From Candidatus Krumholzibacteriia bacterium (GTDB taxonomy: Bacteria > Krumholzibacteriota > Krumholzibacteriia > LZORAL124-64-63), in NCBI GenBank assembly GCA_963825035.1, contig CAWGRT010000011.1, positions 18,874 to 82,873 of the forward strand: a DNA stretch of 64,000 nt, read 5' to 3'. The position numbers were made by a program, and so were the translations under genes. Of the stretch, positions 31,816 through 40,744 are shown piece by piece. Below the pieces are notes generated by a model that had not been told where the DNA came from, ran no database searches, and saw nothing but the letters and a program-made list of their open reading frames with translations. Position 1 is the stretch's first letter. Every line of letters starts with the position of its first letter.

Positions 31816-32496
31816 TTGACCAGCCGATCCACCCTCGTGGCCGTTGTCGCCCTCGGCCTGGCCGCCGCGGTGCCCGCCCGCGCCGCCTTCCACGTCACCG
31901 TGGTGCCCCCGGAGCAGTGGGGCGCCCCGGATGCCGCCCTGGGCCTGGCGGGCGGCACCGTGGAGGACTTCGAGGACGTCCGGCTGGCGCCGGGGCTGCT
32001 GGTGGAGCTGTCCGCGCCCGACGGCACCTTCACCGGCGCAGCCGCGGCCGCCCTGCCCGCGGTCTTCGACCCCGTGGACGGCGATCCCTACGGCGATGCG
32101 TTCATCATCGGCGTCTGGGACGGCACCCACGTCCTGGTCAACACCCCCACCAACCAGAGCGTGGACTACGGCACCATCGATTTTCCGCGGGTGCGCCTGC
32201 ACGTGCCCGGCGGCGCCTCCCGCCTCGGCTTCTCCCTGCAGCAGCTCACCGGCAACCAGGGCCTGGAGGTCAACGGCGTCTCCCTGGGCCGGGTGGCCGG
32301 GTTGGGGCTCACGCCCGCGCCGGGTCGCAACGGCTACCTGATCGTCAGCAGCGACGACCCCGCCGACCCCGTCACCAGCGTGGCCTGTGGCGGCGGCGGC
32401 GACGCCTTCGTCATCGACCACGTCGCGTACCTGCCGGCCGGTTCCGTGCCCGTCCGATCCGCGACATGGAGCGCCGTGAAGGCCCTGTTCCGCTGA
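31816..32496 (+). CDS. Secreted hypothetical protein ending in the WSAVKALFR tag
   Basis: Lies within ORF 31627..32496. A GGGAGG RBS sits 5 nt before a TTG (TSRSTLVAVVALGLAAAVPARAAF, a signal peptide); an ATG at 31774 is the alternative start. The C-terminus is ...YLPAGSVPVRSATWSAVKALFR-stop. Confidence 0.6.
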   Translation: MTSRSTLVAVVALGLAAAVPARAAFHVTVVPPEQWGAPDAALGLAGGTVEDFEDVRLAPGLLVELSAPDGTFTGAAAAALPAVFDPVDGDPYGDAFIIGVWDGTHVLVNTPTNQSVDYGTIDFPRVRLHVPGGASRLGFSLQQLTGNQGLEVNGVSLGRVAGLGLTPAPGRNGYLIVSSDDPADPVTSVACGGGGDAFVIDHVAYLPAGSVPVRSATWSAVKALFR

Positions 32497-32584
32497 GCCT
32501 TCCCCGGGATCGCCCATCCTGTGTTATGATCATCCATTGTCGTCCAGTGCCGTCATCGCCACCTGGAGGGGGAAGGGGACGATC

Positions 32585-35260
32585 ATGACCGGAGCCCGTG
32601 TGTCGATCCTGCTGCTGGCCCTGGCCGCCGCGACCGCCGCGGGGGCGAAGCCGCAGCCGCAGCCGCGCCTGGTTCCGGTCGCCGAGTACGTCCCGGACGT
32701 ACCGGCCGCCGTCGGCGCCGCCGTCGACACCGTCTACCTGCTGGGAGGCCCCGGCGCCCTGGACGGCCGCTTCGAGGACGCCCTGGGCGACCCCGACCCC
32801 CAGGGCTGGACCAGCGTCGACCTCACCCAGGCGACATCGACCCACTGGCAGGTGAGCACCTTCGAGGCCGACGTCCTGGTCCCGTCCGTGCCCGGCAATC
32901 ATGCCTGGTGGTGCGGCGACTTCTTCGAACCCTGCTTCCCGGACGATCCGCCCGAGGGCTTCGGCAACTACTGGGACGACCGCCTGGTCTGGACGGCCGC
33001 CGTCCCCGCACCCCAGCAGGGCGTCACGGTCCGGGTGCGGGCCCGCGTCGGCTACGGCATCGAACCGGGCGAGGACTGGTTCTCCCTGGATGCCTGGCGG
33101 GGCGACCACTGGGAGGTGCTGCGGCAGTGGACGGGCACGGCCGCCGTCGTGGCCGTGGACGAGTCGGTGGCGCTGGATCCGGCCGACTACGGCGGCGCGG
33201 CCGGGGACGAGGTGATGCTGCGCTGGCATCTCACTACGGACGGCGGCTGGAGCGACGAGGATTGCCAGTGGCCCGGCACCGGCGCGCGCGTGGACTCGGT
33301 CGCCGTCACCTTCGACCAGGGCGGCGGCGAGGCGCTGGTCGGCACGGTGGAGACCTGCGAACCCGGCGATCCGCTGCAGTGGGTGCCGACCCCCCGCGGC
33401 GGCGTAGGGGATTTCGCCGCCCTGCGCGCCGGCCTGGACGACCTGGATCCGGACAGCGACAACGCCTCGCCCCAGTTCGCCTTCGTCGACGACGGCGTGG
33501 TGGTGCCGGGCACCGGCGGCACCCCGTGCGTCACCTGGTGCTACGGACCCGACGGCTGGATCGTCAACCAGGACGGCGGCGTGGCCGACTACTACGCGCG
33601 CGTGTGGAACCACGTCCGTTCGCCGCTGCTGCCGGTGCCCGCCGGCGCCGGGGACGGCGCCTTGCTGGCCTTCGACGTCTACGTCCACGCGCTGCTGGAC
33701 GGGTCGATGGCCTTCGTCGTGGGCGAGTGGTACGTCCGTTCCACCGCCGATCCCGCCGGTCTGACCGGCTGGACCGACTGGCGCAACCGCAATACGGTCG
33801 TCTGGGGCGGCCCCGCCTACGTGCGGGTGCAGCAGGAGGTGAGCGACCTGCTGACACCGGGCGCCGCCTGGGTCCAGGTGTCCCTGGGCGCCCGTGACCT
33901 CGAGCTGGCCTACGGCCACGACGGGACGCCGGCTCCCTACTTCGACAACGTGTCCCTGAAGGTCTATCCGCTGAACGGGCCGAACGTCCTGCTGGTGCGT
34001 CCGGACGGCACGGGCGACGCGCCCACCATCCAGGCGGCCCTGGACATCGCCGCCGTGGGCGACACCATCCGCCTGGCCGACGGAACCTACACGGGACCCG
34101 GCAATCGCGATCTCGTCTTCCAGGGCAAGGACGTCGTGGTGTGCGCGGCGGCGGCCGATCCCGCCCTGTGCGTGGTCGACTGCGGCGGCAGCGAGGCCGA
34201 GCCCCACCGCTTCGGCTACCTGGAAAGCGGCGAGGGAACCGGCGCCCAGGTGCGCGGCCTGACGATCCGCGGCGGCTGGCAGAGCACATACGGGGGAGCC
34301 TTGCGCCTGAAGTCCACCTCGCCCGTGTTCGCCGACTGCGTCTTCATCGGCAACACCGTGGGCAGCAGCACCCAGACCGGCGGCGCCGTCGCCGCGTCCG
34401 GCGGTGCGCCCCGCTTCGAGCGCTGTGTGTTCACGGGCAACCGCGCCGGTTTCGGCGGCGCCGTCTCGGTGCGTGGGAGCGCGACGCCCACGTTCACCGA
34501 CTGCCTCTTCTACGCGAACTACGCCGACCAGGGTGGCGCAGCCCTCGGCGTCTCGAACCTGGGCACGGTGGTCACGGTCACCGGTTGCACCTTCGCCGAC
34601 CACACGTCGTACGGATCGTCCGGCGTGATCGCCCTGTACGGCAGTCCCGTCCTGACCATGGATCACAGCATCGTGGCCTTCAGCGTCAACGGCCCGGCGA
34701 TCTACTTCGACGTCAACGGCACTCCGGACGCGACGCTGTCCTGCTGCGACCTCTATGGCACGCCGGCGGGCACCTGGATCGGCCCCCTGGCGGCGCAGCT
34801 GGGGGCCGACGGCAACATCACCGCCGATCCCTGGTTCTGCGGGGACGGGTTCGGCGACGATCCCTACGGCCTGCTGGACGTCTCGCCCTGCGCCCCGGCG
34901 GCGCCCGGCGGCTGCGGACTGATGGGGGCCCGCCCGGTGGCCTGCATCCACATCTCGCCCGTGCCGGTGGACGTGCCCGGGGCGGCGCCGCCGGCCCTGG
35001 CGGTCCGGCCCAACCCGTTCAATCCGGTCACGGTGCTGTCGTGGACGATGGCCCGGGGCGGGCCGGTGGAGGTGACGATCGTCGATCTGCGCCAGCGTCG
35101 CGTGCGGACCCTGCTGGCGGCCGACCTGCCCGCCGGTCCCCACCAGGTCGCCTGGCGCGGCGACGACGACGCGGGCCGGCCCATGGCCTCGGGCGTCTAC
35201 CTGGCGGTGCTGTCCACGGACGACGGCCGCGCCACCACCAAGCTGGCGCTCATCCGCTGA
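32585..35260 (+). CDS. Large secreted right-handed beta-helix (pectate-lyase-fold) protein with a FlgD-Ig/T9SS-like C-terminal domain
   Basis: Intact ORF with start MTGARVSILLLALAAATAAGA after a GGAGGGGGAAGGGGA RBS region. The beta-helix repeats are GDTIRLADGTYTGPGNRDL, VRGLTIRGG, GGALRL..SPVFADCVFIGN, GGAV...RFERCVFTGN, GGAVSV...TFTDCLFYAN and GGALGV...VTGCTF. The C-terminus is LAVRPNPFNPVTVLSWTM...VEVTIVDLRQRRVRTLL...HQVAWRGDDDAGRPMASGVYLAVL...KLALIR. Confidence 0.85.
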   Translation: MTGARVSILLLALAAATAAGAKPQPQPRLVPVAEYVPDVPAAVGAAVDTVYLLGGPGALDGRFEDALGDPDPQGWTSVDLTQATSTHWQVSTFEADVLVPSVPGNHAWWCGDFFEPCFPDDPPEGFGNYWDDRLVWTAAVPAPQQGVTVRVRARVGYGIEPGEDWFSLDAWRGDHWEVLRQWTGTAAVVAVDESVALDPADYGGAAGDEVMLRWHLTTDGGWSDEDCQWPGTGARVDSVAVTFDQGGGEALVGTVETCEPGDPLQWVPTPRGGVGDFAALRAGLDDLDPDSDNASPQFAFVDDGVVVPGTGGTPCVTWCYGPDGWIVNQDGGVADYYARVWNHVRSPLLPVPAGAGDGALLAFDVYVHALLDGSMAFVVGEWYVRSTADPAGLTGWTDWRNRNTVVWGGPAYVRVQQEVSDLLTPGAAWVQVSLGARDLELAYGHDGTPAPYFDNVSLKVYPLNGPNVLLVRPDGTGDAPTIQAALDIAAVGDTIRLADGTYTGPGNRDLVFQGKDVVVCAAAADPALCVVDCGGSEAEPHRFGYLESGEGTGAQVRGLTIRGGWQSTYGGALRLKSTSPVFADCVFIGNTVGSSTQTGGAVAASGGAPRFERCVFTGNRAGFGGAVSVRGSATPTFTDCLFYANYADQGGAALGVSNLGTVVTVTGCTFADHTSYGSSGVIALYGSPVLTMDHSIVAFSVNGPAIYFDVNGTPDATLSCCDLYGTPAGTWIGPLAAQLGADGNITADPWFCGDGFGDDPYGLLDVSPCAPAAPGGCGLMGARPVACIHISPVPVDVPGAAPPALAVRPNPFNPVTVLSWTMARGGPVEVTIVDLRQRRVRTLLAADLPAGPHQVAWRGDDDAGRPMASGVYLAVLSTDDGRATTKLALIR

Positions 35261-35264
35261 CGGA

Positions 35265-36191
35265 CTAGCGCAGGAACAGCAGGGCGCCCCCGCCGATGGC
35301 CAGGGCCACGCCGCCCAGGCTCGCGACCGAAGGGCGGTCCCGGTACACCACCCAGGCGGGCAGGATCACGAAGATGGGCACCATGCTCAGCAGCACCTGG
35401 GCCACGCCGGCCTCGGTGTTCTTGATGGCGACCAGGGAGATCCACACCGACAGGAAGGGTCCCAGGAGCACGGCGATCGCCAGGGCCGCCACGCCGCGCC
35501 GGTCGCGCAGCTTCTCCCGCAGCGCGCGCAGGTCCTGCTGCGGCAGCACCACCAGCCAGTAGGCGACCGTCGCCCAGACCAGGCGCACCAGGGTGGCACC
35601 CAGAGGGTCCAGGCCCACGCCGCCGGGCCCCATGCCCCGCTTGACGAAGGCGCTGCCCAGACCCTGGCAGGCGGCGCCCACCAGGGCCAGCAGGAAGCCC
35701 GTGCGCAGCACCTTCACCGGCAGGTCGCGGAAGCGGCCGCCGCCGGGATCGCGCCCGGTCGTGGCCAGCATCACGCCGCCGATCGCCACGGCGATCCCCG
35801 CCAGCGCCTGCGGACCCAGCCGTTCCCCCGCCAGGGCCCACGCGACCACCACCGTGAACACCGGGGCCAAGGCCATCACCGTCATGCTGCGGCGCGGGCC
35901 CACCAGGGTGAAGGCGCGGAACAGGGACGAGTCGCCCACCGCCAGGCCGATGATCCCGCTCAGGCCGATCCAGGCCTGGTCGGCGAAGGCCAGGTCGGCG
36001 GGCCAGGCGCGGCCGGTCAGGGCCAGGTGGGTCAGGCCCAGGCACAGCACGGCGCCCGGCAGTCGCAGCAGATTGACCAGGGTCACGCCCAGCCGGTCGC
36101 CCGCCGTGGTGAAGAACACGCTGGTCCAGGCGAAGATGAACGCCGCGAGCAGCGCCGCCGACTCGCCGTAGTGGCCGAAATGTGCCGTCAT
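35265..36191 (-). CDS. EamA/DMT-family transporter
   Basis: Start is MTAHFGHYGESAALLAAFIFAWTSVFFT. The protein has ten hydrophobic segments in two EamA-like halves (GLAVGDSSLFRAFTLVGPRRSMTVMALAPVF ... EAGVAQVLLSMVPIFVILPAWVVY). Confidence 0.85.
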   Translation of the reverse strand: MTAHFGHYGESAALLAAFIFAWTSVFFTTAGDRLGVTLVNLLRLPGAVLCLGLTHLALTGRAWPADLAFADQAWIGLSGIIGLAVGDSSLFRAFTLVGPRRSMTVMALAPVFTVVVAWALAGERLGPQALAGIAVAIGGVMLATTGRDPGGGRFRDLPVKVLRTGFLLALVGAACQGLGSAFVKRGMGPGGVGLDPLGATLVRLVWATVAYWLVVLPQQDLRALREKLRDRRGVAALAIAVLLGPFLSVWISLVAIKNTEAGVAQVLLSMVPIFVILPAWVVYRDRPSVASLGGVALAIGGGALLFLR

Positions 36192-36198
36192 GCCCCGC

Positions 36199-39168
36199 CT
36201 ACCAGGGAGTCGACCAGCGGGTGCCCAGGCCCGGCCCCAGCAGCACGGCATTGACGAACAGGCGCTCGCTCTCCTTCATCCAGCGCCGGTAGACGGGATG
36301 GTCCGCGAACAGGATGACCTGGCCGCGGCCCACGCCCTCGCGCACCGCGTAGGCGGTCTGCGCCAGGCGCGCCGCCGCCTCGGGCCACAGCAGGCCGCCC
36401 CGGTGCAGATGGTCGATGTCGCCGAAGCGGGCCGCCGTGCGCACCGGCGGCGCGGCCACGATGCTGTCGTCGCTGCCGAACCACACGGTGGCGTCGTCGC
36501 CCAGGCCGTAGTCCAGCCAGAACTCGGGGTCCAGTTCCACCCGCAGCAGCGCCCCCTGGGGCATGAACGAGCGCAGGCGCGCGTCGGCCCGGCGCAGGTC
36601 CGCCTCCTCGGGCTTCTGGCGGCCGACGGGCAGCACGTCCTTCAGCCAGGCGGCCATGGCCACGGGCCCGCCGGCCAGGGGCGTGCCCTCGTCGTAGCCC
36701 GCGGCGAAGGGTCGGGCGCCCGCGCCCAGGATGGGCGCCACGTCGTAGGGCGAGGCGTCCCGGACGGCAGCGGGGGCGTCGTCGTCCCCGTCCTTCGCTT
36801 TCTTCTTCTCGACCACGCGCAGGCCGGTGGCCGTGGGCCGGCCGGCGGCCTCGGCCTCGGCGGCGGTGATGCTCCACACCGGCGGCGGGAAGTCCTCCAG
36901 GTCCTGGGCGCGGAAGCGGGCTTTCGTCAGCTTGGTCTCCGGATCGGCCAGCATGCGGGCGCCGCCGCCGATGCCGATGGCCGTGCCGCCGCCCTCGATC
37001 CAGCGGCGCAGGGCGTCCAGGCCCTGCTCGCCCAGCAGGTGGCGGTAGCCGGCGGGGCCGCCCCACGCCGGCGGGAACACCAGCACGTTGTAGCGGGACA
37101 GGTCCACCCGGCCGAAGCTGCCGACGTCCAGGGCGCTGAAGCGCAGGTCCAGGTCCTGATCCAGCAGGTGCCAGACCCAGCCGTAGTCGTCGGTGGAGAC
37201 GGGCATGCCCGTCAGCACGCCCACCCGCGGCGCCACCAGCACGTCGAACTCGGCCCCGCCCAGGTCCGGGCCCGCGTCGGGCCGGGAGGTGGTGACCACC
37301 AGGGGCTGCAGGGCATGGTTCGCGGCCACGGCCAGCAGCGCGGTGGGCGTGTCGTCGCCGTTGCCCTCGCGGCGCACCACGAAGGCGCCCCGCCGGAACC
37401 CGATGCCCCCCATGGTGAACGGCTTGGCCGCCACCCGCACGGTGACGCCCCGCTGCAGCAGGTCGGCCAGGGCCGCCTGGGCCGCCGCGGGGTCGCCGTC
37501 GAACACCACCGAGGTCCAGTTGTCGGGCAACGTCCAGCGGGCCGGCGCCGCCGCCGGCTCCTGCCAGGGCCGCCAGTTCCCCGCGGGCACCTTGCCGGTC
37601 CAGCAGGCGGGCACGCCCTGGCCCAGGGCCAGGGACCAGGCGGTGGTGTCGTACAGGCGGCTGCCCTTGCCCTTCTCGATGTACTCGCGCTCGTCCTTGA
37701 AGAATTCGGCCTCCATGGGCACGTGGGGATCGAGGATGGCCCGGGCCAGGTCGGCGGCCGGCTGGTCCAGCCGCACCAGCAGGGTGCCGGCGGGCAGGGC
37801 GCGCTTGCCGCGTTCGCCCGTGCGGGCGTCCACCAGGCCGTCGGTGTCCAGGGGCGCCGCCAGCTCCTGCACCTCGATGCCCTGGGCGACGAGGATGCGG
37901 GCCAGGCCGGCCGTGCGGGCCGGGTGCCGCGGGTCGGGCGGGAACACCCAGGCCCGCCGGTCGCCCTTGCGTCCGGCCGCGGCGGCCTCGCTCCGGGCTT
38001 TGGCGTGATCCGCCACCACCTGGTCCCGGTTGGCCAGCAGCGTGCGCAGGTTGGCGATGGACGAGGTCAACTGGTGATCCACCGCCTGTCCGAAGGTGCG
38101 CACCGTGCCCCCGTGCTTGCGCACCAGGGCGCCGGTGGTCCGGGACATCTCGTAGAGGATGCCGATGGATCCGGTGTAGGAGGCCCACGACGAGCCGTAG
38201 CCCGGGAAGAATTCCTCGTTCCACTCGCCGGAGAAGTAGGGGTAGCCGCGGGCGTCCAGGGCGGCCGCCTGGTCCTTGGAGAACCGCTCCTCCCAGGGCT
38301 CGACGGTGGCCGGCAGCAGCGGGTTGAACGGATGCCGCGCCGGCGGGAACAGGTAGGTGCTGTTGGCGCCCATCTCGTGGCTGTCCACCATGAGCTCGGG
38401 CAGCCAGCGGCCGATCTCCACGGTGCGCCGGCTCTCGGGCAGCACCAGGGTGAACCAGTCGCGGTTCATGTCGAACAGGTAGTGATTGCCGCGCCCCCAG
38501 GGCCAGACGCCCCGGTGGGCCAGGTCGTCCTGGTCAGGGTTGGCCGTGCGGTGGGCGAAGGCCGTGGTCTGGGCCAGGTAGCGGGCGCGGCCGTCGGGGT
38601 TCTCGCAGGGATCGATCAGCACCAGCAGACCGTCCCGCAAGTCGCGGGCGCCCTGGTCCTCGCCCGCCACCAGCCACCAGGCCAGCAGGGCGGCGGCGTC
38701 GGTGCTGCTCAGTTCGTCGCCGTGGATGCCGTAGGCCAGCCAGGCCACCGCCTTGTCGCCGGCCGCGGGAGCGGTGCCGTCCCGCGGGTCCAGGGCGGCG
38801 GCGTGGCGGGCCTTGAAGCCGTCCAGGTCGGCGATGGTCGCCTCGTCCGACACGGCCAGGTACACCAGCGGCCGCCCCTCGTAGGTGCGGGCGAACTCCA
38901 CCAGGGTGGCCCGGGGCGAGGCGTCGGCCAGGGTCCGGAACCAGTCCAGGACCTCCTCCGGTCGCAGGGGACGTGCCGTGGGTTCGACGCCCGTCACCTG
39001 GGACAGGGTCGGCAGGTCCGCCGCAAACTCGGCGCCGGGCAGCAGGGAGGACAGGGGCATCCGGGGCACGCCCTGGTTCAGGGCCGCGGGGGCGGCCAGG
39101 GCCGAGGCCGCGGCAGCGGCGACGAGGAGGGCGGCGAGGACGGCGAGTGGACGGACCAGACGTGGCAT
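36199..39168 (-). CDS. Large secreted M14-family metallocarboxypeptidase-like protein
   Basis: Intact 989-aa ORF with signal peptide MPRLVRPLAVLAALLVAAAAASALAAP. The zinc-site context is VAWLAYGIHGDELSSTDAALLAWWL...LIDPCENPDGRARY and NRDWFTL. Confidence 0.85.
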   Translation of the reverse strand: MPRLVRPLAVLAALLVAAAAASALAAPAALNQGVPRMPLSSLLPGAEFAADLPTLSQVTGVEPTARPLRPEEVLDWFRTLADASPRATLVEFARTYEGRPLVYLAVSDEATIADLDGFKARHAAALDPRDGTAPAAGDKAVAWLAYGIHGDELSSTDAAALLAWWLVAGEDQGARDLRDGLLVLIDPCENPDGRARYLAQTTAFAHRTANPDQDDLAHRGVWPWGRGNHYLFDMNRDWFTLVLPESRRTVEIGRWLPELMVDSHEMGANSTYLFPPARHPFNPLLPATVEPWEERFSKDQAAALDARGYPYFSGEWNEEFFPGYGSSWASYTGSIGILYEMSRTTGALVRKHGGTVRTFGQAVDHQLTSSIANLRTLLANRDQVVADHAKARSEAAAAGRKGDRRAWVFPPDPRHPARTAGLARILVAQGIEVQELAAPLDTDGLVDARTGERGKRALPAGTLLVRLDQPAADLARAILDPHVPMEAEFFKDEREYIEKGKGSRLYDTTAWSLALGQGVPACWTGKVPAGNWRPWQEPAAAPARWTLPDNWTSVVFDGDPAAAQAALADLLQRGVTVRVAAKPFTMGGIGFRRGAFVVRREGNGDDTPTALLAVAANHALQPLVVTTSRPDAGPDLGGAEFDVLVAPRVGVLTGMPVSTDDYGWVWHLLDQDLDLRFSALDVGSFGRVDLSRYNVLVFPPAWGGPAGYRHLLGEQGLDALRRWIEGGGTAIGIGGGARMLADPETKLTKARFRAQDLEDFPPPVWSITAAEAEAAGRPTATGLRVVEKKKAKDGDDDAPAAVRDASPYDVAPILGAGARPFAAGYDEGTPLAGGPVAMAAWLKDVLPVGRQKPEEADLRRADARLRSFMPQGALLRVELDPEFWLDYGLGDDATVWFGSDDSIVAAPPVRTAARFGDIDHLHRGGLLWPEAAARLAQTAYAVREGVGRGQVILFADHPVYRRWMKESERLFVNAVLLGPGLGTRWSTPW

Positions 39169-39338
39169 GAGCAGCTCCCGGTGCGCAGGTGGGCGGGTCG
39201 ATCAGGGCGGCGGCGAATATACCACAGGGGCGCGGCGGTTCGATTGCGGAATCTTGCAACGGCCGGCACCGCGGTCACGCACGCGGGCCCCGACCGTCGC
39301 CGGTCGGGGCCCGCAGCCGTCGGGGGATGTTCAGCGGG

Positions 39339-39734
39339 TCAGCGGCACTTCATCTCGGTCCAGTGGCCCGGGATCCAGCGGGAGACCCGCGGCGACACCT
39401 TGACCCACTGGCCCTTGACCCAGACGCGGTGGTTGCGGTCGTGGTGGCGGTTGCGGTGCCGGACCACTTCGCGGTCCTGGCGGTCATGGCGCTCGCAGCC
39501 GCAGTTCCGGTCGGCGACCACGACGCGGCGCTCCACCGGCTTGGGGATCACGCCGACCCGCGGGCCATTGCCGATGACCACCCGGGCCTTGACGGGCGCC
39601 ACGTTCACCGTGGCCTGGACGCGGAGGGCCGCCTGGGCCTGGGAGGGGGCGGCGGCGCCGCTGATGACGAGGGCCAGACCGAACAGCAGGGTGAAGGTCA
39701 GGAGGCCGCTGGAGGGGGAGTTGATGCGTTTCAT
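39339..39734 (-). CDS. Small secreted His/Arg-rich protein with a C-terminal W-x-P-G-H-W motif
   Basis: Signal peptide is MKRINSPSSGLLTFTLLFGLALVISGAAAPSQAQA. The charged block is CGCERHDRQDREVVRHRNRHHDRNHR. The tail is VWVKGQWVKVSPRVSRWIPGHWTEMKCR, which resembles a YXWGXW-type repeat. Confidence 0.6.
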   Translation of the reverse strand: MKRINSPSSGLLTFTLLFGLALVISGAAAPSQAQAALRVQATVNVAPVKARVVIGNGPRVGVIPKPVERRVVVADRNCGCERHDRQDREVVRHRNRHHDRNHRVWVKGQWVKVSPRVSRWIPGHWTEMKCR

Positions 39735-39940
39735 GACTCTATCCTTTCGCCGGAGGTCCGGGGTCGCGCTGCCTGTGCCCGGTCCGTTGCACGTCCGATG
39801 CCTCTCCGGTGGACCTGTTCAGCAACCAACATATACACAATGGTTTGGATCGCTTCAGCGGGGCGCCGACGGGTGTGCGTAGATGACCCTGCAGGTACAC
39901 TTCGTCCGCCGGCAGCGGCGGCGTGTCCCCGAAAGTGGTC

Positions 39941-39980
39941 GCCAAAAAGATCCCTCCCCGGCTCCCGGAGCCGGGGAGGG
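39941..39980 (-). terminator. Rho-independent terminator of the 40028..40744 gene
   Basis: Perfect 13-bp stem ccctccccggctc / gagccggggaggg with a 3-nt loop. On the minus strand it is followed by ATCTTTTTGG. It lies 48 nt after the stop. Confidence 0.65.
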
Positions 39981-40027
39981 CGTCCCGTCCCGCGGCCGTC
40001 GCAGCGGCCGCTTCCCCCTGGGACAGA

Positions 40028-40744
40028 TCAGCGATACATGGCCTTGACCGTACTCCACGCTTCGCGATCCGTGGGGACGGCGCAGTTGATCTGCATGGTG
40101 ATGCAGCAGATGTCGAACAGTTCGCCCAGATCGGCCCCGCACAGGAACGCGGGATAGCCGGCGGGCATGGCCAGCCCCGAGTCGGGCCGCCAGATCAGCA
40201 TGGCGTTGGCGATGGTGAAGGTGATCTCGCACTCGTTGACGCCGGGGCAGTTGGCGAAGTTGCCCGTGAAGGTGATGTTGGACGTGGCGCCCACCGCCAC
40301 GTTCCCCACGTAGGTGATGGTGATGATCACCTGGTAGCTGTTCAGGGCTCCGCTCAGGTCGGCCAGGCCGTCGGCCCAGGTGTGGTCACGCGAGAGCCAG
40401 AACTGACCGCCGGTGTAGTGGGAGATGTAGGTGCGCTGGCCGTTGCCGTTGCCGTCCACCGTGTCGCTGATGAGCACGGCGCCGGTGGCATCGATCTGCA
40501 TGCCGGTGGCCTGCCACTGGGTACCCAGGGCGGCACCATCCCAGGACTGGGCGTTCTGCGTGTTGCCGGGCACGCCCCCCATCACGGGCATGCCGTTGGC
40601 GCCGCACCAGGCTTCGGAAGCCCGGCCGCCGAGCATGGTCCCCGTGGTGGTGGACCAGGTGTCGATGGCGTTGGGGCACTGGGCGAGCGCGGGGCCGGCG
40701 GCGATGATAGAAAGGATGATGGCCGTCAGGATCACTCTGGACAT
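40028..40744 (-). CDS. Secreted Cys-rich hypothetical protein ending in the WSTVKAMYR tag
   Basis: Intact 238-aa ORF with signal peptide MSRVILTAIILSIIAAGPALAQC. The composition is non-GC-biased (N, T, I, Q rich). The C-terminus is ...ITMQINCAVPTDREAWSTVKAMYR-stop. Confidence 0.7.
   Translation of the reverse strand: MSRVILTAIILSIIAAGPALAQCPNAIDTWSTTTGTMLGGRASEAWCGANGMPVMGGVPGNTQNAQSWDGAALGTQWQATGMQIDATGAVLISDTVDGNGNGQRTYISHYTGGQFWLSRDHTWADGLADLSGALNSYQVIITITYVGNVAVGATSNITFTGNFANCPGVNECEITFTIANAMLIWRPDSGLAMPAGYPAFLCGADLGELFDICCITMQINCAVPTDREAWSTVKAMYR

Noticed and set aside
32411-39882. Very long ORFs 32411..35143 (-, 910 aa), 36190..39882 (+, 1230 aa) and 36188..38224 (-)
   Set aside because: They mirror the beta-helix protein and the M14 peptidase on the opposite strand or in another frame. 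Their composition is again R/G/A/P/Q-rich with no recognisable motifs. Stop-codon paucity in GC-rich DNA explains their length.
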